DNA of 64,000 nucleotides, from the NCBI GenBank assembly GCA_002269645.1, contig NIVC01002941.1, forward strand, positions 95,929 through 159,928, read 5' to 3'. The position numbers and the translations under genes are program-made. Shown here in pieces: positions 39,521 through 58,049 of this stretch; the stretch's first letter is position 1, and each line of letters opens with the position of its first letter. The notes beneath the pieces were generated by a model that saw only the letters and a program-made list of their open reading frames with translations, searched no databases and was not told the origin of the DNA. This stretch comes from Macrostomum lignano. Taxonomy: Eukaryota.

Positions 39521-40741
39521 TCACCTGACTGTCAAGTCAGCGTCGCGGTCGACACGGTCGACGTCTTCAGCCTCGTGAACTTCGCATTCGGTTTCAGTAG
39601 TCCCGTTATTTGAGGCGGCGGCGCCGGTCTCGGCAATCATCGCAGCCTCCTGATTGGTCCCGGTGGCCTCGTTGTTGTCCTCCGTCAGGTTGTCATCCTG
39701 AATTCCGTCCTCAGGTCCGACGTGGCCACCGTTCTGACGCTGGCGGCTCTTGTCGACGGTGGAGTACCGGTAGGACGTGTTCAGCCGCGAGTCACTCCGA
39801 GCGGCATTGGGGGGCCGCTTCGGGAACAAGCAGGGCAGGATGTTGCGGAACTCGTTCTGGAAGTTGGCGTTCATCCAGCCGTACAGGAACGGGTTGTACA
39901 TCACGGAGCTCATGGCCAGCAGGTGGCACACGAAGAAGAGGCTGCGGAACAGGCCCTCCGAGGTTATGCCGACATCGTTCAGCATCCACAGCAGGTTCAG
40001 CGGGATCCAGCACACCACGAAGATGACCACCATGGCGATGAGCATCCGGTTGGTGCGCCGCTTCCTGCGGATGTCCAGCTCCTCCTTGCTGCGCGACTTC
40101 TTGGCCAGAGTTTTCTTGTGGCGATTCTTCAAGCTGATGCTCACCTTGGAGTAGCAGGCCGTGATGATGGAGCAAGGAATGAGGAACTGCAGCACGAAGC
40201 TGATCACGGTGAAGACTGGCCGGTATTCGGGCTTCCAGTCCTCCACGCAGCTCTCCGTTGCCGCCTCGTCCGAGGACTTCACGCGCTGGAACACGGCGAT
40301 GGGCAGGCTGATGAGCACGGCCACCAGCCAGATGATCACCACGATGAGCAGGCAGAGGCCCGTCTTCATCCGGGGCACGAACGGGTGCACAATCATGCAG
40401 TAGCGTTCAACGGCGATGGCCGTTGAAGTCAGGGTCGACACGTACACGGAGACGCCCATGGTCATCGGCATGAGCTTGCAAACTGCGCCCGGCAGCGTCC
40501 AGGTCTGCATGAACATCACCGTCGGCGTCAGCGGCACGTTCACCGTGCTCATGATGACGTCAGAGATGGCCAGGTTGGTGATGAGGATGTTGGTGATGGT
40601 CTGCATGCTGCGCTTCCTCAGTACAACTGTGATCACCAGCAGGTTGCCCAGGGTGCCGAGCATGCAGATGATGGAGTAGAACAGGACGCACAGCGACTTC
40701 ACCCACATCGGGTGGGTGGGGATGGTCGCGTTGTGGCTCAT
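39521..40741 (-). CDS. Rhodopsin-family neuropeptide GPCR, NPY/sNPF/PrRP-receptor-like, intronless, 406 aa from MSHNAT
   Basis: Seven hydrophobic helices; GN (TM1), NLAISD (TM2), C...ERY (TM3), W (TM4), FLIP (TM5), CWIPLN (TM6), NPFLYGWMN (TM7); KRRTNRML in ICL3; N-glycosylation site NAT. Confidence 0.92.
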   Translation of the reverse strand: MSHNATIPTHPMWVKSLCVLFYSIICMLGTLGNLLVITVVLRKRSMQTITNILITNLAISDVIMSTVNVPLTPTVMFMQTWTLPGAVCKLMPMTMGVSVYVSTLTSTAIAVERYCMIVHPFVPRMKTGLCLLIVVIIWLVAVLISLPIAVFQRVKSSDEAATESCVEDWKPEYRPVFTVISFVLQFLIPCSIITACYSKVSISLKNRHKKTLAKKSRSKEELDIRRKRRTNRMLIAMVVIFVVCWIPLNLLWMLNDVGITSEGLFRSLFFVCHLLAMSSVMYNPFLYGWMNANFQNEFRNILPCLFPKRPPNAARSDSRLNTSYRYSTVDKSRQRQNGGHVGPEDGIQDDNLTEDNNEATGTNQEAAMIAETGAAASNNGTTETECEVHEAEDVDRVDRDADLTVR

Positions 40742-40984
40742 TGCAGGCGGGTGACTCGGTCTGGGTTTAATGGAATGGGTGGCTACGCGTGTATACAGAC
40801 AGCACTCAGCAACGGTTGAGGCTGACCCCGCCTGACTCGGACAGACATTATCAGTCAGAAGACGCGGGTCACGAGCACGCAAAAGTGGCGTCCGTGGTGG
40901 TGGCATCAGGGAGGCGCAGCCAGGTACTTTCCTATGTGTGCATGCAACCCGGAGTTCGATTCCTGCTCGCGCGGTCACATTACT

Positions 40985-41165
40985 GTGAAATGGCGCCAGA
41001 GCTATATACTGTGGAATGGTGCCAGAGCTATACACTGTGGAATGGCGCCAGAGCTATGCTGTGAAATGGCGCCAGAGCTATACTGTAAAATGGCGCCAGA
41101 GCTATACTGTAAAATGGCGCCAGAGCTATACTGTAAAATGGCGCCAGAGCTATACCGTGAAATGT
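40985..41165. repeat. 24-bp minisatellite with TGGCGCCA palindrome
   Basis: AATGGCGCCAGAGCTATACTGTAA repeated. Confidence 0.92.
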
Positions 41166-41599
41166 GGTTACCAAACCTTGATCTAAGGCTCAAAAATAGT
41201 TCTGGCTTCAAAACGCATTGAGCTGCATATTTTATTAATAGAACTCCAAAAAAAGAGTTGAGTGCAATTCTCACTTGAATAAAACTTCAATTTGCCTTTC
41301 GTTGGCAGGCAGGCTAAGGCAGAGTCTGCTCCAGCATATGCAAATATGCCAGCCCAGTGCCAATACGAGAACTGGGTTGGGTAAGTTTGCTCAGGGGATT
41401 AATAAGTGTCTTCATATTGCTGCTGCCATTAATGATTGGGTTGATTGATTGGCGCTGTCCTGAGGAATTCATTATCAATCATCAGGCTTACTACTCTCCT
41501 AATTATGATGATTTGACAGCATCATCAAGGCTCTGGACTCTCTGTAGATCGCATCCGATAAAGTAATTCGGCAGCCTTGATGACTTCAGCGACTGCATC

Positions 41600-42670
41600 G
41601 GATACAGAGACATGCCCCCCCCCCGACAAAGACATGACTCCCCCCCCCGACAAAGACATGGCTCCCCCTCCGACAAAGACATGGCTCCCCCCCGACAATG
41701 ACATGGCTCCCCCCCTCCGACAAAGACATGGCTCCCCCCCCCCTCCGACAAAGACATGGCTCCCCCCCGACAATGACATGGCTCCCCCCCGACAATGACA
41801 TGGCTCCCCCCTCCGACAAAGACATGGCTCCCCCCGACAATGACATGGCTCCCCCCTCCGACAAAGACATGGCTCCCCCCGACAATGACATGGCTCCCCC
41901 CCGACAATGACATGGCTCCCCCCTCCGACAGAGACATGCCCCCCCCCCGACAAAGACATGGCTCCCCCCGACAATGACATGGCTCCCCCCTCCGACAGAG
42001 ACATGCCCCCCCCCCCGACAAAGACATGGCTCCCCCGACAATGACATGGCTCCCCCCTCCGACAGAGACATGCCCCCCCCCCGACAAAGACATGGCTCCC
42101 CCCGACAAAGACCTGGCTCCCCCCCCGACAAAGACCTGGCTCCCCCCCGACAATGACATGGCTCCCCCCGACAATGACATGCCCCCCCCGACAAAGACAT
42201 GGCGCCCCCTCCTGAAAAGACATGGCGCCCCCCCCCCGACAAAGACATGACTCCTCCCCGACCCCGACAAAGACATGGCGCCCCCTCCTGAAAAAGACAT
42301 GGCGCCCCCCCCCCGACAAAGACATGACTCCTCCCCGACCTCGACAAAGACATGGCGCCTGGCGCCCCCTCAAAGACATGGCGCCCCCCAAGGACAGGGC
42401 GCCCCCTAACAAAGACATATGGCGCCCCCCAAGACATGGCGCCCCCCAAAGACATGGCGCCCCCCAAAGACATGGCGCCCCCCCCAAAGACATGGCGCCC
42501 CCCCCAAGACATGGCGCCCCCCCCAAAGACATGGCGCCCCCCCCCAAAGACATGGCGCCCCTCCAAAGACATGGCGCCCCCCAAAGACAGGGCGCCGCCT
42601 AACAAAGACATGGCGCCCCCCCCCGGACAACGACAAGACATGAAACCCTCCCCCCGACAGACATGGCAAC
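41600..42670. repeat. C-run minisatellite (GACAAAGACATGGC(T/G)CCCCCC)
   Basis: Direct inspection; C-tract length varies. Confidence 0.93.
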
Positions 42671-43444
42671 ACAAATGTTTCAAACTCACCAAATGCAAGG
42701 CAAAAATCTGTTGTCCAGAATTGAAAAATAGCTTTAACTGAAATTCAACCAAAGACATTGATTTAATAAACAGGATCCAAGCTTAAAGTACTCAAATCCT
42801 ATTATGAGAATCAGAAGAAAGCTTCTCAGATCAACTCACCCGCTGAGAGCAAATCCTTGAGCAAAACTGCCGCCGCCCACGTTTTGCCTTCTCATTCTGT
42901 CTCTTTTTTCAAATCCCCTTTAAAACCCTTCGCCCCCTGCCTCTCGGATCCCCGATTTTTCTTCCCCGCACTCGCACCGTCTCCTGCCCAGACAGCCAAT
43001 CCGCTAAGCAGCAGCATCTAGAAAAGGTGAGCCCCGTCTGCTCAAAGGGAGACGGTAGAGATGGAGGAGTTCGAAGGAATGAAGACGGGAAGGAGTGCAG
43101 AGGGGGACAGGAAAACAGTGGAATTTGGCAGCCAATAGCAGTGCGGATGGGGGGGGGCGAGTTTCACTTGTTTCAATTGCTTCCCCCGTGTCTACATCAG
43201 CTCCCTGCCTTCACCCTGTGTTCCCCGCGCGTCTTTTGAAGTCCCCGCTGCTCCTGATGGGCCTCTCGAAAGCGATGTCTGTGTGGGTGGGTGGGAGCGC
43301 AGCTAAGCAGCTTCTCCGTCACTCTCACTCACTGCCTCACTGCCGAGATGCAGAAAAACAATTTCTGAAAGGATTTCATTCCAAAAATTCTAAAAATAGT
43401 TCTCTTGATTGTATCGCGTTTCTGTGTCTCTGCCTGCTAGAAGA

Positions 43445-49688
<6,244 letters not shown>

Positions 49689-50139
49689 CAAAGTGCTTCA
49701 AACAAAATTACAACCCGTCGGAGGGAGTTTCAGCAGCTACCTGCAGCCTGAACAATGCCATTTCATCTACGGGAAGTTAAAGCCGCTGCTATTCACTACT
49801 GCAGCGTGAGAAACAAAAAGCAGTCTGAAAGACCCCCCCATCCATCTGTCTGATTAAGTGGAGCCCTTGCTCACGGCTGATAATGACAGGATGCGGGACA
49901 AAGGAAGCATTCCATTAGTCTTTGCATTCGGCTGTCGCTCTTTCCCCACTCGCAGATGATGCCAGCTGACTGATGCGGCGCTCTGAGAGGCTGCGCCCTT
50001 CCTTTTTTTTCCGCACCTGCTGCACCTCTTTATTGAACAGAAAATGTTATTGAAAACGGAAAAGCATGCCGTTCGGGAAATATGTTGCTCAAAGGTTTTT
50101 TCACTTGTATTTTATCGCGATTTTAGAGGCCAGTCTCTT

Positions 50140-53100
50140 TCAGATCTCTTTCAACCGATTCTCCAGCTCAGGAAAGGCCATTAGCAGCAGCATTTTGTTA
50201 TACTTCATGACGCTTTTCACCGAGTCAAACGACACGGAATGACCTGTGAACCAGGTGCGCCTGAAGCCCTGCACTTGGTCAAGGATTCGCCACAGAACCC
50301 CATCGGCGATTTCCGGTATGGTGTATCGAGGCATGTAGTTGAAGGTTATTGAGGCCAGGGTGTCGCCACTAGCCAGGGGGTCGTGAGCTTCCGGCGCTGT
50401 CTGCAGGTCGCTGCTTGAGCCTTCCGAATTGGAGTAGCCTGACAGGTAGTAGGCTACGATGGTGGAGGAGGCTGGAGTCTCCGGGCTTCGATTGAAATCT
50501 GGCGAGTTCAGAGCCAGTTCGGAGTTGCGAATGGCCAGGAGCCGATCGAGACTGGGGCTGCGGATTGCCGTGCGGGGGTTGATATTAGGGGGGTGCAGAC
50601 TGTGAGTAGAGGGTGTAACTGTGAAGGATCGCCACAGAGGGTGTAGAATGTGAGTTGAGGGTGTAGACTGTGAGGGGAGGGTGTAGACTAATAGTAGAGG
50701 GTGTAGAATTTGAGTGGAGGGTGTAGACTGTGAGTGGAGGGTGTAGACTGTGAGTGGAGGGTGTAGACTTTTAGTGAAGGGTTTCGATTGAAGCTAGAGA
50801 TGGAGCTGCTGCAGACAATGGATTTCCATCACATACTTCTCCGTGTCCAGCTGGTCCAGGTAGTAGGCCACAGGGTGGGCCGCCACTTCCGGTTGACCGG
50901 AAAAGCGCACCAGCTTAGTCAGAAACTTTCTGGACTTCAGTCTGGAGAACACATCCTTCTCGGCCGGGGTCAGGTCATCCAACAGGCCGCCCGTGACCGC
51001 CTGCGCGCTGGGAGTCCACACCAGCCAGTCCACCGTCTCCATGCTGTTGTCAAAGAATCGAATCTTGATGGGACGACCACCGCCACCACCGCTCCTGCTG
51101 ACACCAACGACACGACTGTTCATGCGGAACTGCACACCGCCAGCCAGCTGGAGACGGTCGCGCGCCGACTCCCAGAAAGTCTGGGTGGATAGAATTCAAT
51201 AATAACGATATGAAATGAGAGCTAAGATGGCCAGTTTACACTCTGGTGCTTTGGAGTGGGGTAGACTTTGGATTGAAGACAAGATCGTCAATGTACAGTC
51301 TAGCTTTGGTGGTATTGGGGTGGGGTAGGAATTAAAGATAAGCTCGCCTATGTACAGTCTAGCTTTGGTGGTATTGGAGTGGGGTAGGAATAGGAGATAA
51401 GATCGCCAATGTACAGTCTAGCTTTGGTGGTATTGGAGTGGGGTAGGAATAGGAGATAAGATCGCCAATGTACAGTCTAGCTTTGGTGGTATTGGAGTGG
51501 GGTAGGAATAGGAGATAAGATCGCCAATGTACAGTCTAGCTTTGGTGGTATTGGAGTGGGGTAGGAATAGGAGATAAGATCGTCAATGTACAGTCTAGCT
51601 TTGGTGGTATTGGAGTGGGGTAGAAATAGAAGATAAGATCGTCAATGTACAGTCTAGCTTTGGTGTTATTGGAGTGGGGTAGAAATTGAAGACAAGATCG
51701 TCAATGTACAGTCTAGCTTTGGTGGTATTGGAGTGGGGTAGAAATTGAAGATAAGATCGCCAATGTACAGTCTAGCTTTGGTGGTATTGGAGTGGGTAGG
51801 AATAGGAGATAAGATCGCCAATGTACAGTCTAGCTTTGGTAGCATTGGAGTGGGGGAGGAATCGAAATGGGTTGAAGATGGCAAGTAGAGCAATCTGTAA
51901 TCACCTAATACAGAGCACAAGAATGGTCGGGCGCACCTGGAATCCCTTGCGCAACATGCCGAGCCTGGACTCCTTCCGGGGCACCAGCAGGTCAGTCAGG
52001 TAGGCCTCCGACATCCACATGAGTCCGTAGAGAGCGGAGGTGTCGCTGGGACTGCCGTAGCCCATGGCGGTCATGCCGAACAGAAAGTAGGGCTCCAGAG
52101 CCAGCAAGCCGTTCTTCTCCAGATAGCTGAGCGCGCTGCAGTTCAACTTGGCCAGCGCCTCGCTTGACGGCTGGGCCAGCGGGAACTCCAGGAAGTCCGG
52201 CTGCTGGGCCGGATAGAGCTTTGAGCGCAGGCGGATGTAACGCTGACTGGCCTGCAGAATGTGCTGCTTGACCTCCTCATCGGATGCGTTGGGCCGCAGC
52301 GTTGGATCCAGGCGTCGAACCCTGCCGAACACGAACTGCTCAAGGTCCATCTAGAAGTTGGAAAAGTTTCTTTCCTAACTTACGGATTTGCCACTTACTG
52401 GAGTGGTTGGAACCGTGATCGGAGACAGTTCTGCTCATTCCACTGCCTCCTGAGCACACAAGCACGCCAAGACTGCACGCAGGCACCCACTCGTGCACAC
52501 GCTCACACAGAGTGCACAGGGGCGCCAGCACCAGGGGCTTTAGCACCAGGGGCGCCAGCACCAGGGGCTTTAGCACCAGGGGCTTTAGCACCAGATGCTT
52601 TAGCACCAGGGGCGCCAGCACCAGAGGCGCCAGCACCAGGGGCGCCAGCACCAGGGGCGCCAGCACCAGGGGCGTCAGCACCAGAGGCGCCAGCACCAGG
52701 GGCGCCAGCACTAGGGGCGTCAGCACCAGAGGCGCCAGCACCAGGGGCGTCAGCACCAGAGGCGCCAGCACCAGGGGCGCCAGCACTAGGGGCGTCAGCA
52801 CCAGAAGCGCCAGCACCAGGGGCGTCAGCACCAGAGGCGCCAGCACCAGAGGCGCCAGCACCAAGGGTGCCATCACCTGGGGCGCCAGCACCAGAAAAAC
52901 TTGTGAACCAGCGCAGGATCAGAACAGCGCAAAATTCAGTGCTACTGAAAACTCGCAAGTTTCGAGTTCAGGATCGCGGCCGACAGCTCATACCTGGCGA
53001 GCGGATGGCTCAGACGATTCTCTGATCACCGCGGCAGGCAGGGTGGCTTCATCCAGATCGTAGCCGATGCCCTGAGCCATGCGGCGCAGGTCTCGGTAGT

Positions 53101-53383
53101 CGCTGCTCACGTAGCAGGTGCCCAACTCGTGCGGCAGCGGGTCCGCCTCCGAAACCTTCAGCGTGACGGAGCGCCCGCCGACCCGGCCGGAGGACTCCAG
53201 CACAAGGAGATTCTTGAAGCCCAGACTGCGGAGCAGGTAGGCCATATGCATCCCGGCTGGGCCGGCGCCCACAATGGCCACCCTCGAAGACCGGCTGGGC
53301 CGCTCGGCAGCTGTCGGCAGGCAGGCGGCGTCATGGTTGCTAAGCAACTGCAGCAGCAACAGCAGCAGCAGTGATGATGTCAT
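50140..53383 (-). CDS. Secreted FAD-dependent oxidoreductase of the flavin amine-oxidase superfamily, PUFA-isomerase (PAI/PFI)-like; join(minus) 53383-52994, 52350-51937, 51180-50837, 50557-50140; 521 aa
   Basis: Signal peptide MTSSLLLLLLLQLL; VAIVGAGPAG, LESSGRVGGRS, HELG, TAMGYG, C-terminal FNYMPRY...VQGFRRTWFTGHSVSFDSV. Three GT-AG introns with phases 0, 0, 2. AATAAA on minus at 50034-50029. Confidence 0.88.
50590..50780. repeat. 20-bp intronic minisatellite (GAGGGTGTAGACTGTGAGTG)
   Basis: Direct inspection. Confidence 0.85.
51255..51860. repeat. 59-bp intronic minisatellite, about 10 copies
   Basis: AGCTTTGG recurs at 51361 and 51420 (period 59). Confidence 0.95.
52516..52895. repeat. 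15-bp intronic minisatellite (GCACCAGGGGCGCCA)
   Basis: Direct inspection. Confidence 0.95.
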
Positions 53384-53969
53384 GCTTTATCACTCGCCTT
53401 ATAGTCTCTAAATCAGCTGTTAGGAATAATTAGTTTAAATGAGTACAATTAGCAGGCTAGCAAGCGCAAACTCTGCTGTGAGAAAAGACTTAATAAGGGC
53501 CTATAAGTCGAGGCTCTTATCGGAAACCCCCCACCCCCTAATGCAGCAGCTCAATGGGCCGGCCCCTGCCATGTGTTATTGTTCCATTGTTTGAAGGCAA
53601 AATAATTTGTGACAGGAGTTGGCGATTATTTATGACTGATAATAAAATACTCACGATTCCAGAGTTCGACCGGATTGCCCCCCATGCGGGATTGCGTGCG
53701 CACTACTTGAAATTAATTCTGTCACTTTTTGCCAGGCGTTGTTGCTATTTATAGCTTTAGTTGACGTTTTACCGGCCCGCGAGATATGGCATGAGTTCGT
53801 GGAGGATCGCGGCAAAATTTGAAGTGCCATGCACTTGAGAAAAAAACTATTATGGCCGAGATTTGAAAAGCTGCACGAAATTATTCCACGGCTGATTGAA
53901 CTGCTCGAAATCTGCGCAATTTTACCAGCAGGGATCGACTTTCGAAAAGCCAATGAAACAACAAATTAA

Positions 53970-54160
53970 TCGATTTAAATGATTTAATCGATCGATTTTT
54001 ATCGATTTTTATCGATTTTCATTGAATTTATCAATTTTCATCGAATTTATCTATTTTTTCGGACTTTTAAGATTTTTTCTCAGTTTTATCGATTCTTATC
54101 GATTTTTAGCGATTTTATCGATTTTTATTGACTTTCATCGATTTTATCGATTTTATTGAG
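53970..54160. repeat. Degenerate ATCGATTTT(T) repeat
   Basis: Direct inspection. Confidence 0.8.
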
Positions 54161-54256
54161 CATATTCTTTAGCAGTTGCTAATCGGAGTCCAGATTCTGG
54201 GTTAGTTCGATGTGTTTTGTAATTTTTTTGCTAATGTAATTGCAAGACACGCACAC

Positions 54257-54536
54257 GACTGCCCCTGAGCAGGCACACAAGCGCCCGGATACGTACGCAG
54301 TCATACGCACAGGCACACACTCACACAGGAGTGTACAGCGGCCCTAACTTTATTTACCGATAGACATGTACACTTCACTGTGATTTGGGGGTTGGCCTTC
54401 AAGGCCGTTAATTGCGCAAGCAGAGCCAAGCCAAGACTCCGATTTAGCCCCAAATTAATGTGACTGCACTGGGAATCGATCCTGGGCCGCTGGCACACCA
54501 GAACGCCGCTCTACTAGATCGCTGGGCTATGCCCCC
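54257..54536 (-). mobile_element. tRNA-derived SINE-like repeat, copy B
   Basis: Minus strand reads GGGGCATAGCCCAGCGATCTAGTAGAGCGG (box A-like) then GGATCGATTCCC (box B-like, 54482-54471), followed by the body shared with 6962-7205. Confidence 0.65.
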
Positions 54537-54927
54537 ATAAAAGTGCAATTACCCCGCCCTAACTTAGCTGGGATTGACGTAAACACAAAAGCGATTAGCA
54601 TCTAAATTTAGTTTGAAAGAATCTGAAATCAGATCCTCTCATGCAGCTCATGAAACTCAATGCCAATACAAAGGAATATTTTTCTTGGATAAAAGAAACA
54701 TCCAGGCCAGGCATTGTGAGCTCACGCAAGTCTCCGCCTGACTGCTTCGGGCCAGGGCTGAGAGGGCCGAGTGGAGGGGAAGTCAGCCAAGCGTGCGCCT
54801 GCTGGCGACTCGAGCCTGACAGGGCAGAAGTTCGCGGGCTCGTCTGTCGCTGAACGGCACCGAATCCCAAGGGTGCAGAGAAAATTTGAATTTTAATACC
54901 ATGAGACGCGTCCTTTTCAGCCTCAGT

Positions 54928-54929
54928 CC

Positions 54930-55013
<84 letters not shown>

Positions 55014-55030
55014 GTCTGTCTGTCTGTCTA

Positions 55031-55068
<38 letters not shown>
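54928..55068. repeat. (TCTG)n microsatellite
   Basis: Direct inspection. Confidence 0.98.
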
Positions 55069-55904
55069 CATCGATCTTCCCCTCTTTCCTTTCTGTGTCC
55101 CACTGCAAATCTCTGGTGAATTTTCGACAAAAGAGCTCAAATATAAATAGACGCAATGAAAGGCCTAAAAAACGCAATGATAATTAGCAGGAGTCGAATT
55201 CCATTTTTGGCTTTCTACGAGCCTGTATTTCTGAAAAAAATCCGACTTTCTGAAAGGGGTGGTCGAATATCTGAATGCCTTACAAGCACATGAACTGTAA
55301 GTCTTAGGATTAGATATTGGGAAATTTATGTGTCCACAGAGTACTGAAATCTACCCATCTCGCAAATGCATTCAGGCAGGGAAACTCGGCCTGAAACAAA
55401 ACAGAGTAAGGAGTCCTTGTACTTGAGTTGTCCATCAGTGAGTATATTGCACCCATGCAGCCAAATTACTTTTGCAGCGCATAAGCTGTCAAAATGACAA
55501 AACAAATATTTTCAAATCCATCGTCTTCCCACATATCAGCAGCTTTGCGCGCCTGAGGCTGCAGCGAATTATGAGAAGAACTGAACTCAAAATTTTTCGT
55601 TTGATTTTTCCCTCCTTTGCCCGGGTCTCCGCGTACAGCCCGAAGGAATTGCCAAGGCGCCCGAGACTGAGGCTGCAACTCGATCAAGGCGGGGCCCGTC
55701 GCCCACGCCTCTGTCTGGGGAGAGGAAATTGAAATTCAAAAAAAGAAAAAACATGACACCGCTCGAACTGGGTGGCCGGGGCGCGTGTTCCTTGATGAGG
55801 AGAACAAGGGAGGATGGGGCGTTGACGCTGGTTGCTAATTAAACAGCCAGCATCTCTGACTCGGGGGCGGAAGCCATATCATACTGGCGCATTTTGAGTC
55901 AATT

Positions 55905-56285
55905 TTGTCGTTGACTAGATTAGCAATCCATCTCATTCTTTCCTGTTGACTAGATTAGCAATCCATTTCCTACTTTCCTGTTGACTAGATTAGCAATCCA
56001 TTTCCTACTTTCCTGTTGACTAGATTATCAATCCATTTCCTACTTTCCTGTTGACTAGATTAGCAATCCATTTCCTACTTTCCTGTTGACTAGATTAGCA
56101 ATCCATTTCCTACTTTCCTGTTGACTAGATTATCAATCCATTTCATAATTTCCTGTTGACTAGATTAGCAATCCATCTCATAATTTCCTGTTGACTAGAT
56201 TAGCAATCCATTTCATACTTTCTTGTTGAATATATAGATTCTTGTTGAATTTCATACATTCTTGTTGACTAGATTAGCAATCCAT
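55905..56285. repeat. 35-bp minisatellite, about 10 copies
   Basis: TGTTGACTAGATTAGCAATCCATTTCCTACTTTCC repeated. Confidence 0.94.
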
Positions 56286-58049
56286 CCTGCATCTTTATAC
56301 TCTGGCAGAAATTGAGACAGAGAAAGCAGAAGCGAAGAACAACAATACGAGTATAAGCACATGCATAAGCAGAAATGGCATGCAAATGTAGATTGTCTCA
56401 GAAAGTGTTCAGACAGGCCAGCCGTGAGCACCTCTGAGATCTCAGCAGCGCCGGCAGAAGCTGTAGATCACCAGGAGGCAATAAATTAGAGGGGTCGGCC
56501 TTGTAGGGACGGGGAATTTAATCAGTCCTGGGTCTGCTATGGATTTTGTACATGCGAGCTCACGCGGGGCGTCCCAGAGGCTGGCTGATATATAATTACC
56601 TCAATAGCCATAAAACACGATTTCCAGTCTTTACAAGGCCGCCGATTCTTGTTTTTCCATCGATAAATAAAATTCCGCACTGACTACTTGCAACTGAGAC
56701 TGGCAAAAAATTAATTAATTTGATAACTATGCGAGACAGACTGCACGTTTCTTTTGGCTCAAAGGTTGTTGGAAAAATTTATTGCAGAAAACCGCTGCAT
56801 GGGAATTGCATATAGGACTCGCCATCTTCATTGGCTCCTGGTTTGGCAGTCCTGAGCCTTGATCATCAGTATATTAAACTCTCTAGCCCTTTCGACGATT
56901 TATAATTTCGAGCTTGTGACAGCTAACCCTTTTTCGACTCACCGATATGTTACGTTAAACAATTTTTAAGGCAGTTTTTTCACGAAGAAACGCATGCACT
57001 TTTGCGAGTGTTTCTTGAAAACAGAAACCTGCATCATTACGCTCGTAACAGGAAGCAGCACCTGGATCAGTTGGCGTGCTATCAAAAGCTTCTGCGGCAT
57101 TGCAGGAAATCTGAGGAATTTGCTTGGCTTCCAGAATGCACAAGTTAATTAACGCTGGCCCCGATCGTGCAGCCCTTTTCACAATAGCATGTAGCGGAAG
57201 TACTCGAAATTCAACAATTTCTGCAAACACGTCCAGCTCACTAATTAAATCCCAGCTACTCACTTGTCTGTTTTCAATCGATCCGAAGGGATCTATTTCA
57301 GTAGTATGGGATAACAGAACTCTGCCGCAGGAATTTCCGTGGAAAAGCCATGGGCCCTAGTGAGTGAACATACGGGCCTATGTAAATCCATTGAGCGACT
57401 CTGCCGCAGGGCAGGCCATGGAAATTCCGTGAGACCTCCTAGTGAGAGTACATTGGTGCAAGTATTTGCGAATGGGGTGGGGCTCCGCGGGAATTCCGTT
57501 AACCGCAATGAATGAGTATTGGCAAATGCGTGTTCTGCTACGACGGACACAGGCGGTTCGGTTCATAAAACCAGGCAATGCTTTGCTTCTGAATGACATT
57601 TAATATTCCATCGGGTATCGTAAAAGGAGGAGGGGCGTGTCTTTATTTCAATGATTACAATAAAATCAATTTGCAATTCATGTCTAAAATTTGAGCTACC
57701 AACTGTTGAAAAATCACTTGATTTTGGAATTTAAGGATTTTGGAATTTTGGAATTAATTGAAACTTTTGCCTATTAATTAGGCAAAAGTTTCAATAACAA
57801 GATGCTGCTTTAATAAGATTATAATAGCCAAGCATCTCCCCCTTTCTTGGGGTGGTGGGTGTGTTGCTAAATGGAATTGGACGCTCAATAATTATCAGTT
57901 TTATTGCTCCCCAGTCTGGTCGGGAGTTCCAGTTGGCGGCAAGTGCAAAGGAACTTTTGTACATGTATGCTTTCAATAGAGGCTCTGTATCTGGGTTTTC
58001 TAATAAAATTATTTTAAAAAACCGGTTTCTGAGACGGCTGGGTTACTGA

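Noticed and set aside
39610-40679. Plus-strand ORFs overlapping the GPCR, and similar antisense ORFs over the LINE, RasGAP and PolB
   Set aside because: Shadow ORFs of GC-rich coding sequence.
40742-41035. 98-aa N-terminal extension of the GPCR ORF
   Set aside because: Starts within a 24-bp repeat and lacks receptor-like features; MSHNAT at 40741 is the more plausible start, though not proven.
41503-42758. Gly-rich and Pro-rich ORFs
   Set aside because: Produced by the C-run minisatellite, with frame-shifting unit lengths.
52261-53063. APGAP / GASTR repeat ORFs
   Set aside because: 15-bp minisatellite inside intron 1 of the oxidoreductase gene.
54460-54536. Functional tRNA gene
   Set aside because: No convincing cloverleaf, and it continues into a body shared with another dispersed copy, so a SINE head is more likely.
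56955-57360. 102-aa and 78-aa ORFs at the proposed Polinton boundary
   Set aside because: No recognisable motif or convincing splice structure.
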